A stretch of DNA of 64,000 bases from Phycisphaeraceae bacterium. Lineage in GTDB: Bacteria > Planctomycetota > Phycisphaerae > Phycisphaerales > Phycisphaeraceae. The stretch covers positions 4,576,001 through 4,640,000 of the forward strand of contig OY771506.1 of assembly GCA_963674705.1 (NCBI GenBank). The letters run 5' to 3'. Made by a program: the position numbers and the translations under genes. Below are positions 21,001 to 32,651 of this stretch, one piece after another (position 1 is the first letter of the stretch; every line of letters begins with the position of its first letter). The notes under the pieces were generated by a model, which did not search any database, had not been told where the DNA came from, and saw nothing but the letters and a program-made list of their open reading frames with translations.

Positions 21001-24000
21001 ATCGATACAGCGGGAACCAATTACCACATCACCGCCCCCGGCACTATCGAACAGCAGTGGAACAACCTTGAATATGCCTACTCAATCAACTCGCCGAAAA
21101 TCGGCAGCCTCCAAACGATAGGCACCACCGTCGATGTTTCCGAGCATGTGATGGTCGTGTCCTCGTACGCCTACACCAGCAGCATCAGGTACTACGACGC
21201 CACCATTTTTACCCGTGACGGCTATGGCTCGCCCTGGGAATTTGCCAAGTACCTCAACGAGAATGTCCTGGGCACCACCAGGCAAAGTTCGTCGTACCGC
21301 GTTGCAACAAACGACGAGTTTGTATTCGTCGGCCTGCCTGAAATATCCACTGTATACATCTTCAAACAAGACCCCGATTCAGGCCAATGGGTGCAAACCG
21401 GTACGCTGCTCGGCGCCGACTTCGGCCTCGACTGGTTCAGCGGGAACATGACGGTCGATGGCAATACGCTTGTCGTCTCAGGCTTCAACACCGCTGCTTC
21501 GCAGAGATTTGTATTAACCTTCGAACGCGACCCCGGTTCACTGATCGGCTGGACACATACCAACACGTTCGCATTCAGCGCAACACCCGGCACGAGTGCT
21601 GCGTATGACACTTACGTCGCCATCCAGGACGACCTGCTTGTGGTTGGCGATCAGTTAAGCAGTAAGTTCGGTGAACGGTTAGGGGCTGTAAGCATCTACC
21701 AGCGCGACAGCGCCGACCCGCAGCAATGGAACCTCGTCCAGGACCTGGACCCGACAGGCATTACCACGCATAGTAAATTCGGCTACCTCGTCGGAATCAC
21801 CGGCAACACCATCGTCGTCGGCAACAGCTACGAGGTCTTTATCTACGAGCCCGACCAGGCAACACCTGGCCAGTGGACGCTTGTCGCCACGCCCGATGTC
21901 TCCGATCTGCGGTCCAGCATCGGCTTCTTCGTCGAAACCGATACCATCTTGATCAGTAGCCCGTCAGGTTCGCTGCTGCTGGAACGCAACATAAGCTCTG
22001 AAGCACTCTGGCAGGTCGTGCCGACCGCATTCGTCTATCCCCGGGCTTATAGAGCGATCGATGGTGAATACCTGATCTATGCGGACGCCGCTTTGGATTC
22101 CACAGCCATTGGCACCATCGACTACTACAGATTTACCGGCAACAATCCCTGGTATTACCTGTATGTTGCGCCGGACGAAGTTATCACCAACACTAGCTTC
22201 GGCGTGTCCATCCCCTCCAGCCCACCTGCCACGCCACAACTCCAGACAACATCCGATACCGGCATCAGCGACACCGACCTGATCACACGCTACAACAACA
22301 GCTCATCCGAAACCGTGCTTGCGTTTGATGTCCCCGATATCCCCGCCGGATCAGTCGTCTTTATCTATGACAACGACATCATCCTCGGCAAGGCCGTCTC
22401 CTATGGCGAGCCCCTCACAACCGTATACACCGCGGGCGTCAATACACTAGCCGACGGCACGCACAGTATCACCGCGGCGCGGCAAGACCCGGGCATGGAT
22501 ATCTCACTGCACTCAGAGCCAGTGCTTATCACCATAGACACCACAGCCCCGCGCATCGTCGGCAGTTCCATCCAGCAGAACCAGACACTGCCAATAGGAT
22601 CAAACGTACTGGTCCTTAGCTTCGACGAAGACATCGACCCGACTTTCCTCTGGGGCGGCGCCAACTACAAGAACCTTCTGACAGGCTCACTGACCACATT
22701 CAACACGGAAGACTATACCTACGACCCAACCAGCTTTACGCTTTCGATCGAACTGAACCTGCAGGATGAAGGGCCTTACCAGTTCACCACGGGTAACACC
22801 ATCAAAGACCTTGCAGGCAACCTGCTGGACGGGGAGCCACCGCTTGGCACGCTCCCGCCCGAAGTCAGCGGCGATGGCACCCCCGGCGGCGCGTTTACCT
22901 TTACGTTTGATGCCGACATGCAAGGTGATCAATATCCAACGTCCGCTTTCACCAATGTGACCGTGATCGATACACTCGGCGAGACAGCAGAGCTTATCCA
23001 CAGGTACATCAATAACGCGCAGGATACCGATACATTCCAACTCGGCCCGCGTTTAGGGCAATTGATCACCGTAATTGTTGAACCCGTTGGAGATAGCGAT
23101 TCGATCCTGACGCTTGAACTGCCGGACGAAACGATCGTCGCAAGCGCACCGGGCGAATCGATTGTCTGGACCTATCGCAACGACATCCCTGATTACCAAC
23201 TGTACATGAACGTCGGCGCTGATAGCGCGACAGAGTACAACATGACGGTTCACTTGAACGTCATGCCCGAATCGACTCTGACAAACAACGGCACATCGCT
23301 GGAACAGATGTATGACCTCAGCGATATGTGGACCGAATTGAACGACGGCTCCACCTCGTTCACAAGCGTGCTCGGTGAAGGCCTTCCATTATTCCTCGCA
23401 CTGCCGGACACCTACACGGTAAACCTCGAAGCCGGACAAGTCTTCAGCGTGCTGCTGGATTGTGTCTATAGTGGATACAACATTGAACTGTTAGATGCAC
23501 TGACGGGTGAGACCGTCGCCGAGTCAACCACAAGCGCTTACGACAACCTGCAATCACTTGAATTCACCGCCCCATCGACAGGCACCTATCACATTAAAGT
23601 ACACGCTTCTACAAAAGCAACCTACGTCCTGTCACTGTTGCGCGATGCACTATTCGACCTGCAGCTTAACTATCTAAAGACCGTTGATGAGCCATCGCAA
23701 AGCCTGGATACAACCGGACAAGTGCTCGGACATATTGATGCAACTCGCACCAACAGGCTGTTTGCTTTAGGCGAGACATCAACTTCAAAGCGCGGCACAA
23801 CCGTCTATGAGCTTAATCCTACGACACTCGAGCCGATCCGAGAGTTCACGCTTGAAGGTCTTTATCGGGTCGCCGACCTGGCGTACGACGGCGTCAACCT
23901 CTACGCACGCACCGTACAATTCGGCCCCATCTGGGCGCTTGATCCTGAAACCGGCGCAGTCCGACACAAGATCGATCGCGTTGATATCTCGCTGTCCAGC

Positions 24001-25167
24001 GACCTCGCCTACTACGACAACCTGCTTGTGATGCAGAGCGGTGATTTCGGAAACGAGCTGACGTTCTTTGATCCGTTCGATGGTTCGATCGTCGAAACAC
24101 TTACCACTGATATCGACCCCGACGCAAGACTGACCGGCCTGGTCGGCGTGCAATCGCGCGGCTCCCTGTTCGCAACGTACACGAAGACCGATGTAGAAAA
24201 CCAACTGCGAACCTGGCTCGTCGAGATAGACAGGGCTACGGGCGAGGTGATCGATGGCTCCTTCATCGCTCCGTCGGGCGTGTCGAGCCTGGCTTATGTA
24301 AACAGCCGCATCTACACGTATGACTACGGTAACGGTGAACTGCGCATCATCGATCCGACCACGCTTGCACTGTACGACATTCAAGAACTGAACAACGAAG
24401 ACTACATCAGCATTGCCGGCGACGGTATTCTGTTCAACCGGCAAACCGATCAACGAACCGATCAATACACGATCGACCTCATGCCGGGCCAGCAATTCAA
24501 GTTTTTGTGCATAAAGACCGGTTATTCAAGTGTAAACAACCTGCACTTGACTTGGCGGGTCACCGACCCGTCGGGTGAAGGTGTGCCTATCAAGCAGCGA
24601 TACGACGGCCTGACTTACATCGCGCCGCGAGCCGGCACGTATACAATCGAAGTCTTCGGCTGGTCGGGCAGCGGCGACTACCTGCTTGCGGTTACCCCCG
24701 CGCCTTACCTTGCGGGCGACTTGAACTATGATGGCTTCGTCGGCCTCGCAGACCTCGACATCCTGCTCAACCATTGGAACCAGAACGTTGCCGTCGGCAA
24801 CCTTGCATACGGTGATGCATCCGGTGATGGGTTCGTCGGCCTGGACGATCTTGACATCCTCCTCGGCAACTGGAACACAGGAACGCCACCTGTGACTACA
24901 ACCGTTGTGCAGTCTGTATCCGCTTCTGTTGAAGAAGACACTGCTATGATGAATGCGGCTTCTGAGTTGCAGACGGTTCAGCGCAAGCGCGACATACCTC
25001 AACAAGCGCAGCAACAAACAAGCATGCAATCGCAAACGCTAAGCAGCGAACAGTTAGCACTGCGATTGAATCAGAAACAACAAGCGAGTCTGCGCGACGA
25101 TCTTGGTTACATCCCGACTGCGCTTCAGCAGGAGGACGATTCACTGGTGTTGGGCTTGTGGGAATAG
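18095..25167 (+). pseudogene. Giant LEPR-XLL extracellular protein (SdrD-B-like, FG-GAP propellers, Ig-like, dockerin-like), about 2357 aa, interrupted by a 1-bp frameshift near 19809 (real or sequencing error)
   Basis: HFEPLEPRLLLSA at the N-terminus. ORFs 18095..20173 and 19795..25167 join as WQLEQ-TIIGDDIGYGNYFGATVAI if one A is added at 19809-19810. Confidence 0.8.
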
Positions 25168-25475
25168 ACTGTTGACTATTCGCATATCGAAGCGGACGAC
25201 GGCCTAAACCATATCGCAACTCCGTGCAAATCAGGGCGCGTCGTGCGCGTAGTTATCCACCACCATTTCGGCGCACAGTGCTGTCGCGTTCGGTGCACGT
25301 GCGCACATTTGCGGTTCATCGGGCGGTGCCGCGACGGCTTGATTCAGACTGACCGAAGCCCAGCTCTTCGGCCCCAGCCATGCGCGATGAGTACCCCGAC
25401 AAGACAGCATGTTTTTTAGACGCCGTGGCATTTACTTGCTTCGCCACACTTGGCAAGACAACGCATGACATCACA

Positions 25476-26666
25476 TCATGTATCCGAACACCAACGCTGT
25501 CGCGCGATCTTTATGAAGTACATATAGTCATCGAGCCTGACTTCCGGCGGAACCTTGTGATCGCAACACGGGATGAAACCGCCTTGATGCACGACGGGCG
25601 TTAAGCGTTCGACCTCCGCGGCGATAGCATCGCGCGACTTCCAGAGGATGCGCTTATCGAATCCGCCGATCATCTTCAATCCCGCGCCGAACTGCTGGCG
25701 CAGTGTAACGGGGTCCATGCCGGTTGTTCCGATTTCGATAGGCATGAGTGTGTTCACGCCTGCATCAAGCCAAAGTGGTATAAGGTCATCGATCTTGCCG
25801 TCACTGTCGACGATGATGGTTTCGACACCGCCGGCGTGCAGTGTTTCAGTGATGCGTCGGTAGCGTGGGCTGAGTAGTTCTTTGAAAGTTTTCGGCGAGA
25901 CCATGGGCCCGGCGTTGTAGGCCATGTCTTCCCATATCAGGCAGGCATCGTATTTTCCGCCATTGCTTAGCGCGCGTTGCAGGACGCCGACGATGCAATC
26001 GCATACGCGGTCGAGCATTTCGTTAAGCCAGTCCGGGTCATCGTAGATGAGCATGCTGATCTGTTCGAAGCCGAGCCAGTTGCGAAGCCAGCCGTACAAG
26101 CTGCCGCCGGGCAGGATCAGCGGGAAGTCGCGGTCGCTATCGCTTGCGATCGCTTCGACTGCTTGTTGCTGCTTTGGCGCGCGTTCGGGATGATCCGGAT
26201 TGAGACGCCAAACGTAGTGTTTCTCCCAGGATTTGCGATCAACAAGCGTGTAAGATTCGGTCGCGGGCAGTGCGGTTTGCGAGCGGTGCCGACGCACGAC
26301 TGTGCCGTCGGGGACTTGCACCAACTCGGTATCATCCTCCTGCTCAAGCACAGCTTCATCGAAGAAAGGCCAAAGCCCGATACGCCAACCGCCCGGGGTG
26401 ATCATGCCGCGATCGATCGGGCCCGTGCCGTCGGTCTTGTCCGGGCAGACATAGTAGCGCATCAAGCCGTCGAGTCCGAAGTATTCGTCGCTGTTGGATG
26501 CGTTGACGTTCGAGGGCAGACCTTGATCGCGCCAGGCGTCGATTGTTTCAGGCCAATAGCCCAGGTCGATGAGCGGAATGTGATTAACGGGCTGTCCGCT
26601 GAACGCGGCGTTAAAGCGAGAGCGGTAGTTTGATCGGCTGCCGATCTTTGCTGTATTGCTTGACAT
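25476..26666 (-). CDS. Uroporphyrinogen-decarboxylase (URO-D) family protein
   Basis: LRNWLGFE, WEDMAYNAGPMVSP, VDSDG, GGFDKR and GGFIPCCDH; SD AGGAAG before ATG 26666. Confidence 0.8.
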   Translation of the reverse strand: MSSNTAKIGSRSNYRSRFNAAFSGQPVNHIPLIDLGYWPETIDAWRDQGLPSNVNASNSDEYFGLDGLMRYYVCPDKTDGTGPIDRGMITPGGWRIGLWPFFDEAVLEQEDDTELVQVPDGTVVRRHRSQTALPATESYTLVDRKSWEKHYVWRLNPDHPERAPKQQQAVEAIASDSDRDFPLILPGGSLYGWLRNWLGFEQISMLIYDDPDWLNEMLDRVCDCIVGVLQRALSNGGKYDACLIWEDMAYNAGPMVSPKTFKELLSPRYRRITETLHAGGVETIIVDSDGKIDDLIPLWLDAGVNTLMPIEIGTTGMDPVTLRQQFGAGLKMIGGFDKRILWKSRDAIAAEVERLTPVVHQGGFIPCCDHKVPPEVRLDDYMYFIKIARQRWCSDT

Positions 26667-26776
26667 GGTGTCGCTTCCTATCAATGAATAGGTTGATGAA
26701 TGAGAATCAACGACACCCCTGCGTTCAGCTCCGAAAGGTCGGCCCACCTTGCGCAGGATGCTCTAACAGTTGTGCA

Positions 26777-27721
26777 TCAGTATACCCGCATCGCCTCCTT
26801 GAATCGGGTTAGTGCTTTAAGATCGGGGATGGATGGTTGGGCGCCGAGTTGCGTGCAAGTCAGTGCACCGACATGGCAGGCACGATTCATGGCGGTGGGC
26901 ATATCCAGACCCGCTGCGAGGCCGACACCTAGCGTACCGGTGAATGCGTCGCCTGCTGCGGTCGTGTCGATGGCTTCGATAACCGGCGCGGCGACGTGGT
27001 GTGCATGTTCTTGTGTGACCCATAACGCGCCTTTTTCGCCTAGTTTTACAACGATCTGTTGGCACCCCCGGTCGAGTAATAGGCGTGCGGCTGCTTCTGC
27101 GGCATCGATACTGTCGACCCGTTTGCCGGTCAGCATCGATAGTTCGGATTCGTTTGGTGACGTTATCGTTACCGACTTCAGCAACGCATCGGGCAGGTCC
27201 GCCTGAGCGGGTGCGGGATCGAGGATGACAGGCAGGTCAAACTCACGAGCACGCACTGCCGCTTCGATGTTCACGCTGAGCGGGGTTTCAAGTTGAAGTA
27301 AAACGATATCCGCCCATTTGAAGACTTCGTCATTCTTCGGCAAGACTACTTCGTCATTCGCGCCCGGGCCGACCATGATGGCGTTCTGACCGGTAGCGCG
27401 GTCAAGGAGGATGACGGCGGTGCCTGTGCCGCGCGTCGAGGTTCGGATCAATCGGCAGTCGATGTGATCATCTTCGAGCGAGCTGCGCAGTTGCTTGCCG
27501 AACGCATCGTCTCCGACACAACCTATGAATCTAACGGTTGCGCCTTGTCGTGCGGCGGCGACGGCGGTGTTTGCGCCTTTCCCGCCGGGCACGAGCGAGA
27601 TGTCTTCAACGTGGATCGTTTCGCCGGGCTCGGGCAGACGGCGCAGTGGGGTCAGCACATCCATATTGATGCTGCCGATCACCAGTACATTCACAGATGG
27701 GGCGGACTTTGGAGACGACAT
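26777..27721 (-). CDS. rbsK: Ribokinase (PfkB family)
   Basis: GSINMD, PGGKGANTAVAAAR, SPNESE and DTTAAGDAF motifs. Confidence 0.88.
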   Translation of the reverse strand: MSSPKSAPSVNVLVIGSINMDVLTPLRRLPEPGETIHVEDISLVPGGKGANTAVAAARQGATVRFIGCVGDDAFGKQLRSSLEDDHIDCRLIRTSTRGTGTAVILLDRATGQNAIMVGPGANDEVVLPKNDEVFKWADIVLLQLETPLSVNIEAAVRAREFDLPVILDPAPAQADLPDALLKSVTITSPNESELSMLTGKRVDSIDAAEAAARLLLDRGCQQIVVKLGEKGALWVTQEHAHHVAAPVIEAIDTTAAGDAFTGTLGVGLAAGLDMPTAMNRACHVGALTCTQLGAQPSIPDLKALTRFKEAMRVY

Positions 27722-27821
27722 GTTTTTCCTCATGTACCTCACATGGTTGGTATGATTGCTTCAGGGAAGGCAACCATATCCGCTGTTGATGTAAGTGACA
27801 TTTGAATGATGTTTGAGTAAC

Positions 27822-28964
27822 TCATACCAGATCTATCTCGGTCGCGGCGGCGGCCGACCTCAAGACGTCCACGCGTGCGGCACGAGGGACCACACATCCG
27901 CTTCCGAGGATGAATCTGCTGTGGTTCACATCACCTTGCTGAATACACGTCTGGGCCTCGGAGTGGATCTGCTCTGGCGTTGACTGGATGAATGAGAGCG
28001 TGTTAAGCCCGCCCATCAGCACGATACTGTCGCCGACACGCTCTCTCACCTCGGTGATGTTGAATCCGCCCATAGGGTCCAGCGGCGCAATCGCGTCCAG
28101 GCCGGCCTCGACCAGCCATTCAACGACCGGCAGTATGTTCCCGCAGATATGACAGTAGATCCTGCAATCTGGATGATAGTGGTGCAGTTCATCGCACACC
28201 AGCTTGAAGTACGGGTAAACAAACTGCCGCCATTGATTGGGTGAGATCACTGACATATTGGCAACGGAGTCGTTGAGCCTGAGGATACGGAGTCCAAGGT
28301 CGATATTGAATTTACCCCTCTCGATGGAAGAAGCTGTGCCTTTTTCGAGCACGGCATGAACCAGCTCGGGTTGATCCAGCATGTCGATCAAACCGTTTTC
28401 CATGCCGCGGAGAGCGATATAGTAAGAAAGGGTTGGTGAATCGAGGTCTCCAACCAGTCCCAGGCGATCTGCGGCATAGGCGATCATCCGCCGCTGCATG
28501 TCGCCGTAGCCGGCCTGCTCGTAATAGTCTTTTGTCGGGATCGCGATGCGGCGTGCATCGGCGATGCTCTGAACGGGTGGTGATGTCGGCTTCCAGTTGC
28601 GGTAGAAAGCCATGATAGAAGGATCATCGATGCGATAGTGCGCGTCATCGATCAACTGTGTTGTAAGTCCACCCGCCATGTCGATGGTACCAAGGCGACG
28701 GCCGTCCCCGGTGAGTTCATAGACGACATCTCCAACCCGCTGCGTCTGGCGTGCCGGGAAGAAAAACTGACGCGCCCCGTCGGCATTGACCTGTATGGCT
28801 GCATCGATAACCACACGCATAGCCAATTCCGGTTGCTCTATGATGTCACACAAATCGACACCCATGATCGCCGCTGCAAGGTCAACCCATATCTTGGGCA
28901 TGTACGGGACCCGATCGACAGTCTGTCCAGTAAATGCCAGATGTAGCCGTTCTTTGGGCGTCAT
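27822..28964 (-). CDS. URO-D/MtaA-like (methylcobamide methyltransferase fold) protein
   Basis: MTPKER..DRVP N-terminus; H-x-C (CHICGN) plus C-terminal GSGC, a Zn-ligand pattern. Confidence 0.8.
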   Translation of the reverse strand: MTPKERLHLAFTGQTVDRVPYMPKIWVDLAAAIMGVDLCDIIEQPELAMRVVIDAAIQVNADGARQFFFPARQTQRVGDVVYELTGDGRRLGTIDMAGGLTTQLIDDAHYRIDDPSIMAFYRNWKPTSPPVQSIADARRIAIPTKDYYEQAGYGDMQRRMIAYAADRLGLVGDLDSPTLSYYIALRGMENGLIDMLDQPELVHAVLEKGTASSIERGKFNIDLGLRILRLNDSVANMSVISPNQWRQFVYPYFKLVCDELHHYHPDCRIYCHICGNILPVVEWLVEAGLDAIAPLDPMGGFNITEVRERVGDSIVLMGGLNTLSFIQSTPEQIHSEAQTCIQQGDVNHSRFILGSGCVVPRAARVDVLRSAAAATEIDLV

Positions 28965-29045
28965 GATTGCTCCTGGCTGGTACCTTGGATCGGGAAGTGA
29001 GGATTGATAAATAATTTTACACGATCCCACCCGCAAGCAATTCAA

Positions 29046-29981
29046 CTATACGGCGGCTTGGCAAGCTGTAACGTTCAGTTTCGCAAGGATCTGGCGGACC
29101 TGTTTGCGTTCGTGTTCACGGTAGCGGTGGAAGGGTTCGGTCATGAAGTCGCCGCAGATGCCTAAGCATGAAAGTGCACACTTCACACCCTTGATGGTAG
29201 AAGAAGCATGCCGGCCAACGTGGTAGAGCTGGCTTACCTGCATGACGGTCTGGTGCAGCTTCTGCACGGTCGAGAGGTCTTGCGCTTTTGCCGCGTGATA
29301 AAGATCGACGTATAGCCTTGGGAAGATGTTGGCTCCACCGGTGACACCGCCGTGACCCCCAAGGATCAGCGTGTCGGCCAAGGCCTCTTCCGTTCCGACT
29401 AATAACGTCTTTTCGGGATGGTCGGCGAACAACTTCAATGCGTTCTGGAAGTACGCCATCTGCCCGGAGCTGTCTTTGTAACCCACGACGTTCGGATGAT
29501 CGAGCAGGTGGCGAAGTGTGTCCAGCTCGATGCCGACCTTCGTGCAAGCCGGGATGTTGTAAAGCATCACGGGCAGCGGGACCGCACTGATCAATCCCTG
29601 GAAGTATTCGAGCAGCTCGGGCTGGCCGGTCTTGTAGTAATACGGCGGAGCGACGACGACCGCATCAGCGCCGCAGTGTTCGGCATGGTTTGCCATCTTC
29701 AACGATTCAGTGAAAGCCGTATCGGTGATGCCGACCAGCACGGGAACGCGCCCGTTAACGAGCGAGCAGGTACGTTCGATAAGTTCGCGGCGCAGTTTGT
29801 AGCCGAGGCTCGGCGCTTCACCTGTCGTGCCAAGGACAAAGATGCCGTGCACGCCGCCGCCGATGATATGCTCGATGAGCTGTTGCAGGCCTTCGATGTC
29901 GAGCTGATCGCGGTTGATCAGGGGCGTGACCATGGGGGGAATGATGCCCGTAAATTTGATGGATTTTGCAGGACTACTCAC
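29046..29981 (-). CDS. DapA/NanA-family aldolase or lyase
   Basis: GIIPPMVTP, GTTGE, LYNIP and GYKDSSG (Schiff-base Lys). Catabolic context. Confidence 0.9.
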   Translation of the reverse strand: MSSPAKSIKFTGIIPPMVTPLINRDQLDIEGLQQLIEHIIGGGVHGIFVLGTTGEAPSLGYKLRRELIERTCSLVNGRVPVLVGITDTAFTESLKMANHAEHCGADAVVVAPPYYYKTGQPELLEYFQGLISAVPLPVMLYNIPACTKVGIELDTLRHLLDHPNVVGYKDSSGQMAYFQNALKLFADHPEKTLLVGTEEALADTLILGGHGGVTGGANIFPRLYVDLYHAAKAQDLSTVQKLHQTVMQVSQLYHVGRHASSTIKGVKCALSCLGICGDFMTEPFHRYREHERKQVRQILAKLNVTACQAAV

Positions 29982-31027
29982 TTGGCACTCTCCATGCTGG
30001 GCGTGGTGCGGACGGCGGATTTATCCGGTAATGGTTTTGAACACAGCGAGACGATCTCGTTGATCGTCAGTTCGAGGTTTTCCTCGACAGCGATGAGATA
30101 ACGGTGCCTGCCCGCTGGTTCAGGTTTGAATAACGCACAGCCATACTCATCCACGGTGACGCGGCCCTTTGGCGAGAGCGTGAAGCTGCCGCATCCGGGG
30201 CGTACCGCTTCGAGGATCGTGGCGGGGTCCCAGAGCGGTCGGTCATAGGGCATGGGGATGTAGTGCACATAAGCCTCGGCGACGGGATGATGATTCACCC
30301 ATTGATAATCGCAGGTGATGCTGGCCGCGGGGTAAGGCATCATGCAGCCGACTTCATAGCCACAGAAGGTGATCGGCGTCGGGCAATAGTTGAAGAAACG
30401 CACGGCTGAAGGCACATCGCTATGGATGTTGTATTCGCGGTTATCCAGTGTGGGGTTCGCCTGCACTTCATCGCTGAAGTTACCAGCCATGGCGACCACG
30501 CGCTTGACCTTCTTTTCAAACAGGTCTGCCCCGCACAATGGGCTGTGGGCGTCGCCTGGCGTATCGAATAGCTGGGCCATGTTGGTGCTGAAACCGATCA
30601 TGACCATGGTGACGGAGTTGTCCGGCTGACGGGCCAGCAGCCGGCGCAGCAAAGGTACGGCGTCCTCGTATTGATCGGGCTGTTTGGAGCGAGGGTATCG
30701 GGGTCGGCCGTCGTCGCGTGCGTTTGCTACGGGCAGGATGAATGTACGATCGTCGGGGGTGACACCGTTTTTGACGATGCCGATGGGGATGTCGCCTCGC
30801 CCGTAGAAGGTGTTGACGATATCGATGTAGACCGGCGAGAATGGGTTGTCCTTGCTGCTGACCACGCCGAGTAGTTCACATTCACCTTGTGATTGGAGCG
30901 TGTGGATCATACCCAGAGCCAGTGCGTCATCGATATCGTTACCCATATCGGTATCGAGTATCAGGCGTGTACTTCTCGCGGCTGACATCTTGTTTATTGT
31001 GTGTTTCATTCGCGTATTCAACTTCAT
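29978..31027 (-). CDS. Nucleoside hydrolase family protein
   Basis: DTDMGNDIDD, EYNI and PLWDP motifs. Start uncertain. Confidence 0.85.
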   Translation of the reverse strand: MKLNTRMKHTINKMSAARSTRLILDTDMGNDIDDALALGMIHTLQSQGECELLGVVSSKDNPFSPVYIDIVNTFYGRGDIPIGIVKNGVTPDDRTFILPVANARDDGRPRYPRSKQPDQYEDAVPLLRRLLARQPDNSVTMVMIGFSTNMAQLFDTPGDAHSPLCGADLFEKKVKRVVAMAGNFSDEVQANPTLDNREYNIHSDVPSAVRFFNYCPTPITFCGYEVGCMMPYPAASITCDYQWVNHHPVAEAYVHYIPMPYDRPLWDPATILEAVRPGCGSFTLSPKGRVTVDEYGCALFKPEPAGRHRYLIAVEENLELTINEIVSLCSKPLPDKSAVRTTPSMESAK

Positions 31028-31046
31028 ACAAATTTCACGGGCATAC

Positions 31047-32651
31047 TTATACTTCTGCCACTTCAACCTGCCCGGAGGTTTGTTTTGATTTATTGATCGT
31101 CCAGACGGTTAGCTGTTCCAGGGATCGGTCGGAGCGTGCGGGCAGCAGGCAGCCGACGAGGTATCCGCTGAAGAACATGACGATGTTGCCGATGATCCCC
31201 GTGTAGTAGAGATCGAAGGGTACATTGATCGCATCCGGCAGAATATTCGGCGCCTTGGCGGCGATCACGGTCCAACCTGTGAAGATGATCGTAAGCACGA
31301 TCCCGAACCAGACGGCACGCGCATCGCCGCGCGTCGTGAAAAAGCCGAGCGCATAGACGCCAAACAGGCCTGCCGCCAGGAGCGAGACGAGTATCGCGGC
31401 TGTGTCTTCAAGTGTCTTGGTCGGGACGATGCTGAGGATCACCGCCCCCCCGATCATCATCACACCGGCCGCGGTCGCGACGGCCCATGCAACCTTCAGG
31501 TAGTGGCGTTCGCTGGCTTGCTTGACCATGTGCCTGCGGTAGAAGTCTGTGACGGCGACGGTTGAGATGGCGTTGATCGAAGAGTCGAGCGAACTCATCG
31601 CGGCGGCGAGCGCGGCGGCGATCACGAGCCCTGCCACGCCGACGGGCAGGTAATTGAGGATGAAGAACGGGAGGATGTGCTCGGACTTCATCGAGCCGTC
31701 GAGCATGGCTTGGGACTCGGGCGTCGGGAAGTGATGGAAGTATGCAAACAGCGACGTGCCGAGGAAGCGGTAGAACGCCCAGAGCGGGATGCTTGCCAGG
31801 ACGCATATGAGCATGGCTTTGCGTGCCTCTGTCATTGAGCGCGATGTACAGTAGCGCTGGACGATGTTCTGGTTACATGCGTATTCGGTGAGCCAGATGA
31901 CGAAGCCTGCGAGGAAAAGCATGGTGATTGTTTTGTGTTGCAGCGTGATGCCCCAGCCGATGTCGTGCGGCACGCCGTCACGCCATTCCGCAACAGAGAG
32001 CTTGTTGTATTGTATGGCGGTATCAAATATTTCTGATAAACCGCCGGGGATCTGGTAGATGATCACCAGCAGACACAACACGCCGCCGAGGCCGAGGATG
32101 ATCGTCTGCACGACGTCGGTCCAGATGACCGCTTCGATACCACCGACGATCGTGTACACCGCGACGGCGACACCGCCGATGATGATGCACCAGACCGTGG
32201 AGATACCGAGCATTTCGTGCATGAGGATGCCGAGCAGGTAGAGAATCATACTCACTCGAACGACCTGCCCGAACACAAAAGCGCCCGCACCATACACACG
32301 AACGGAAGGCCCAAAGCGTCGTTCGAGATACTCATATGCAGTCGTGGTCGGCGTGCGTCGGAAGAACGGCAGGAAGACGTAGGCCGCGATGATGACGGCG
32401 AGGGGCAGCGCAAGCGTCCCGATGAAGCGCAGCCAGCCGGTTTTGAAGGAGTCGGCCGGGAATGACAGGAACGTGATCGAACTGATCGATGTGCCTACGA
32501 GGCTGAGCCCGACGACCCAACCGCTCATAGAGCGTCCGCCGACGAAGTAGGCTTCGGTGTTGGTGTTGCGCTTGGCAAAGTACAAACCCATCAGCGTGAT
32601 CAACACGCCGTAGGCAATCAGCACTGATAGATCGATCACAGACAGATTCAT
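31047..32651 (-). CDS. Sodium:solute symporter (SSS, SiaT-like)
   Basis: YFVGGRSM, AYEYLERRFG, GGIEAVIWTDVVQ and AAMSSLDSSIN; many hydrophobic helices. Confidence 0.92.
   Translation of the reverse strand: MNLSVIDLSVLIAYGVLITLMGLYFAKRNTNTEAYFVGGRSMSGWVVGLSLVGTSISSITFLSFPADSFKTGWLRFIGTLALPLAVIIAAYVFLPFFRRTPTTTAYEYLERRFGPSVRVYGAGAFVFGQVVRVSMILYLLGILMHEMLGISTVWCIIIGGVAVAVYTIVGGIEAVIWTDVVQTIILGLGGVLCLLVIIYQIPGGLSEIFDTAIQYNKLSVAEWRDGVPHDIGWGITLQHKTITMLFLAGFVIWLTEYACNQNIVQRYCTSRSMTEARKAMLICVLASIPLWAFYRFLGTSLFAYFHHFPTPESQAMLDGSMKSEHILPFFILNYLPVGVAGLVIAAALAAAMSSLDSSINAISTVAVTDFYRRHMVKQASERHYLKVAWAVATAAGVMMIGGAVILSIVPTKTLEDTAAILVSLLAAGLFGVYALGFFTTRGDARAVWFGIVLTIIFTGWTVIAAKAPNILPDAINVPFDLYYTGIIGNIVMFFSGYLVGCLLPARSDRSLEQLTVWTINKSKQTSGQVEVAEV

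Noticed and set aside
25231..25431. 66-aa ORF or possible ncRNA between convergent genes
   Set aside because: No SD, motif or convincing structure.
25476..28964. Naming the URO-D proteins hemE
   Set aside because: They lack the HemE N-terminal RQAGR motif and have no heme-pathway context.
29046..29981. Naming this gene dapA or nanA
   Set aside because: Family motifs do not fix the substrate, and the context is catabolic without other nan genes.
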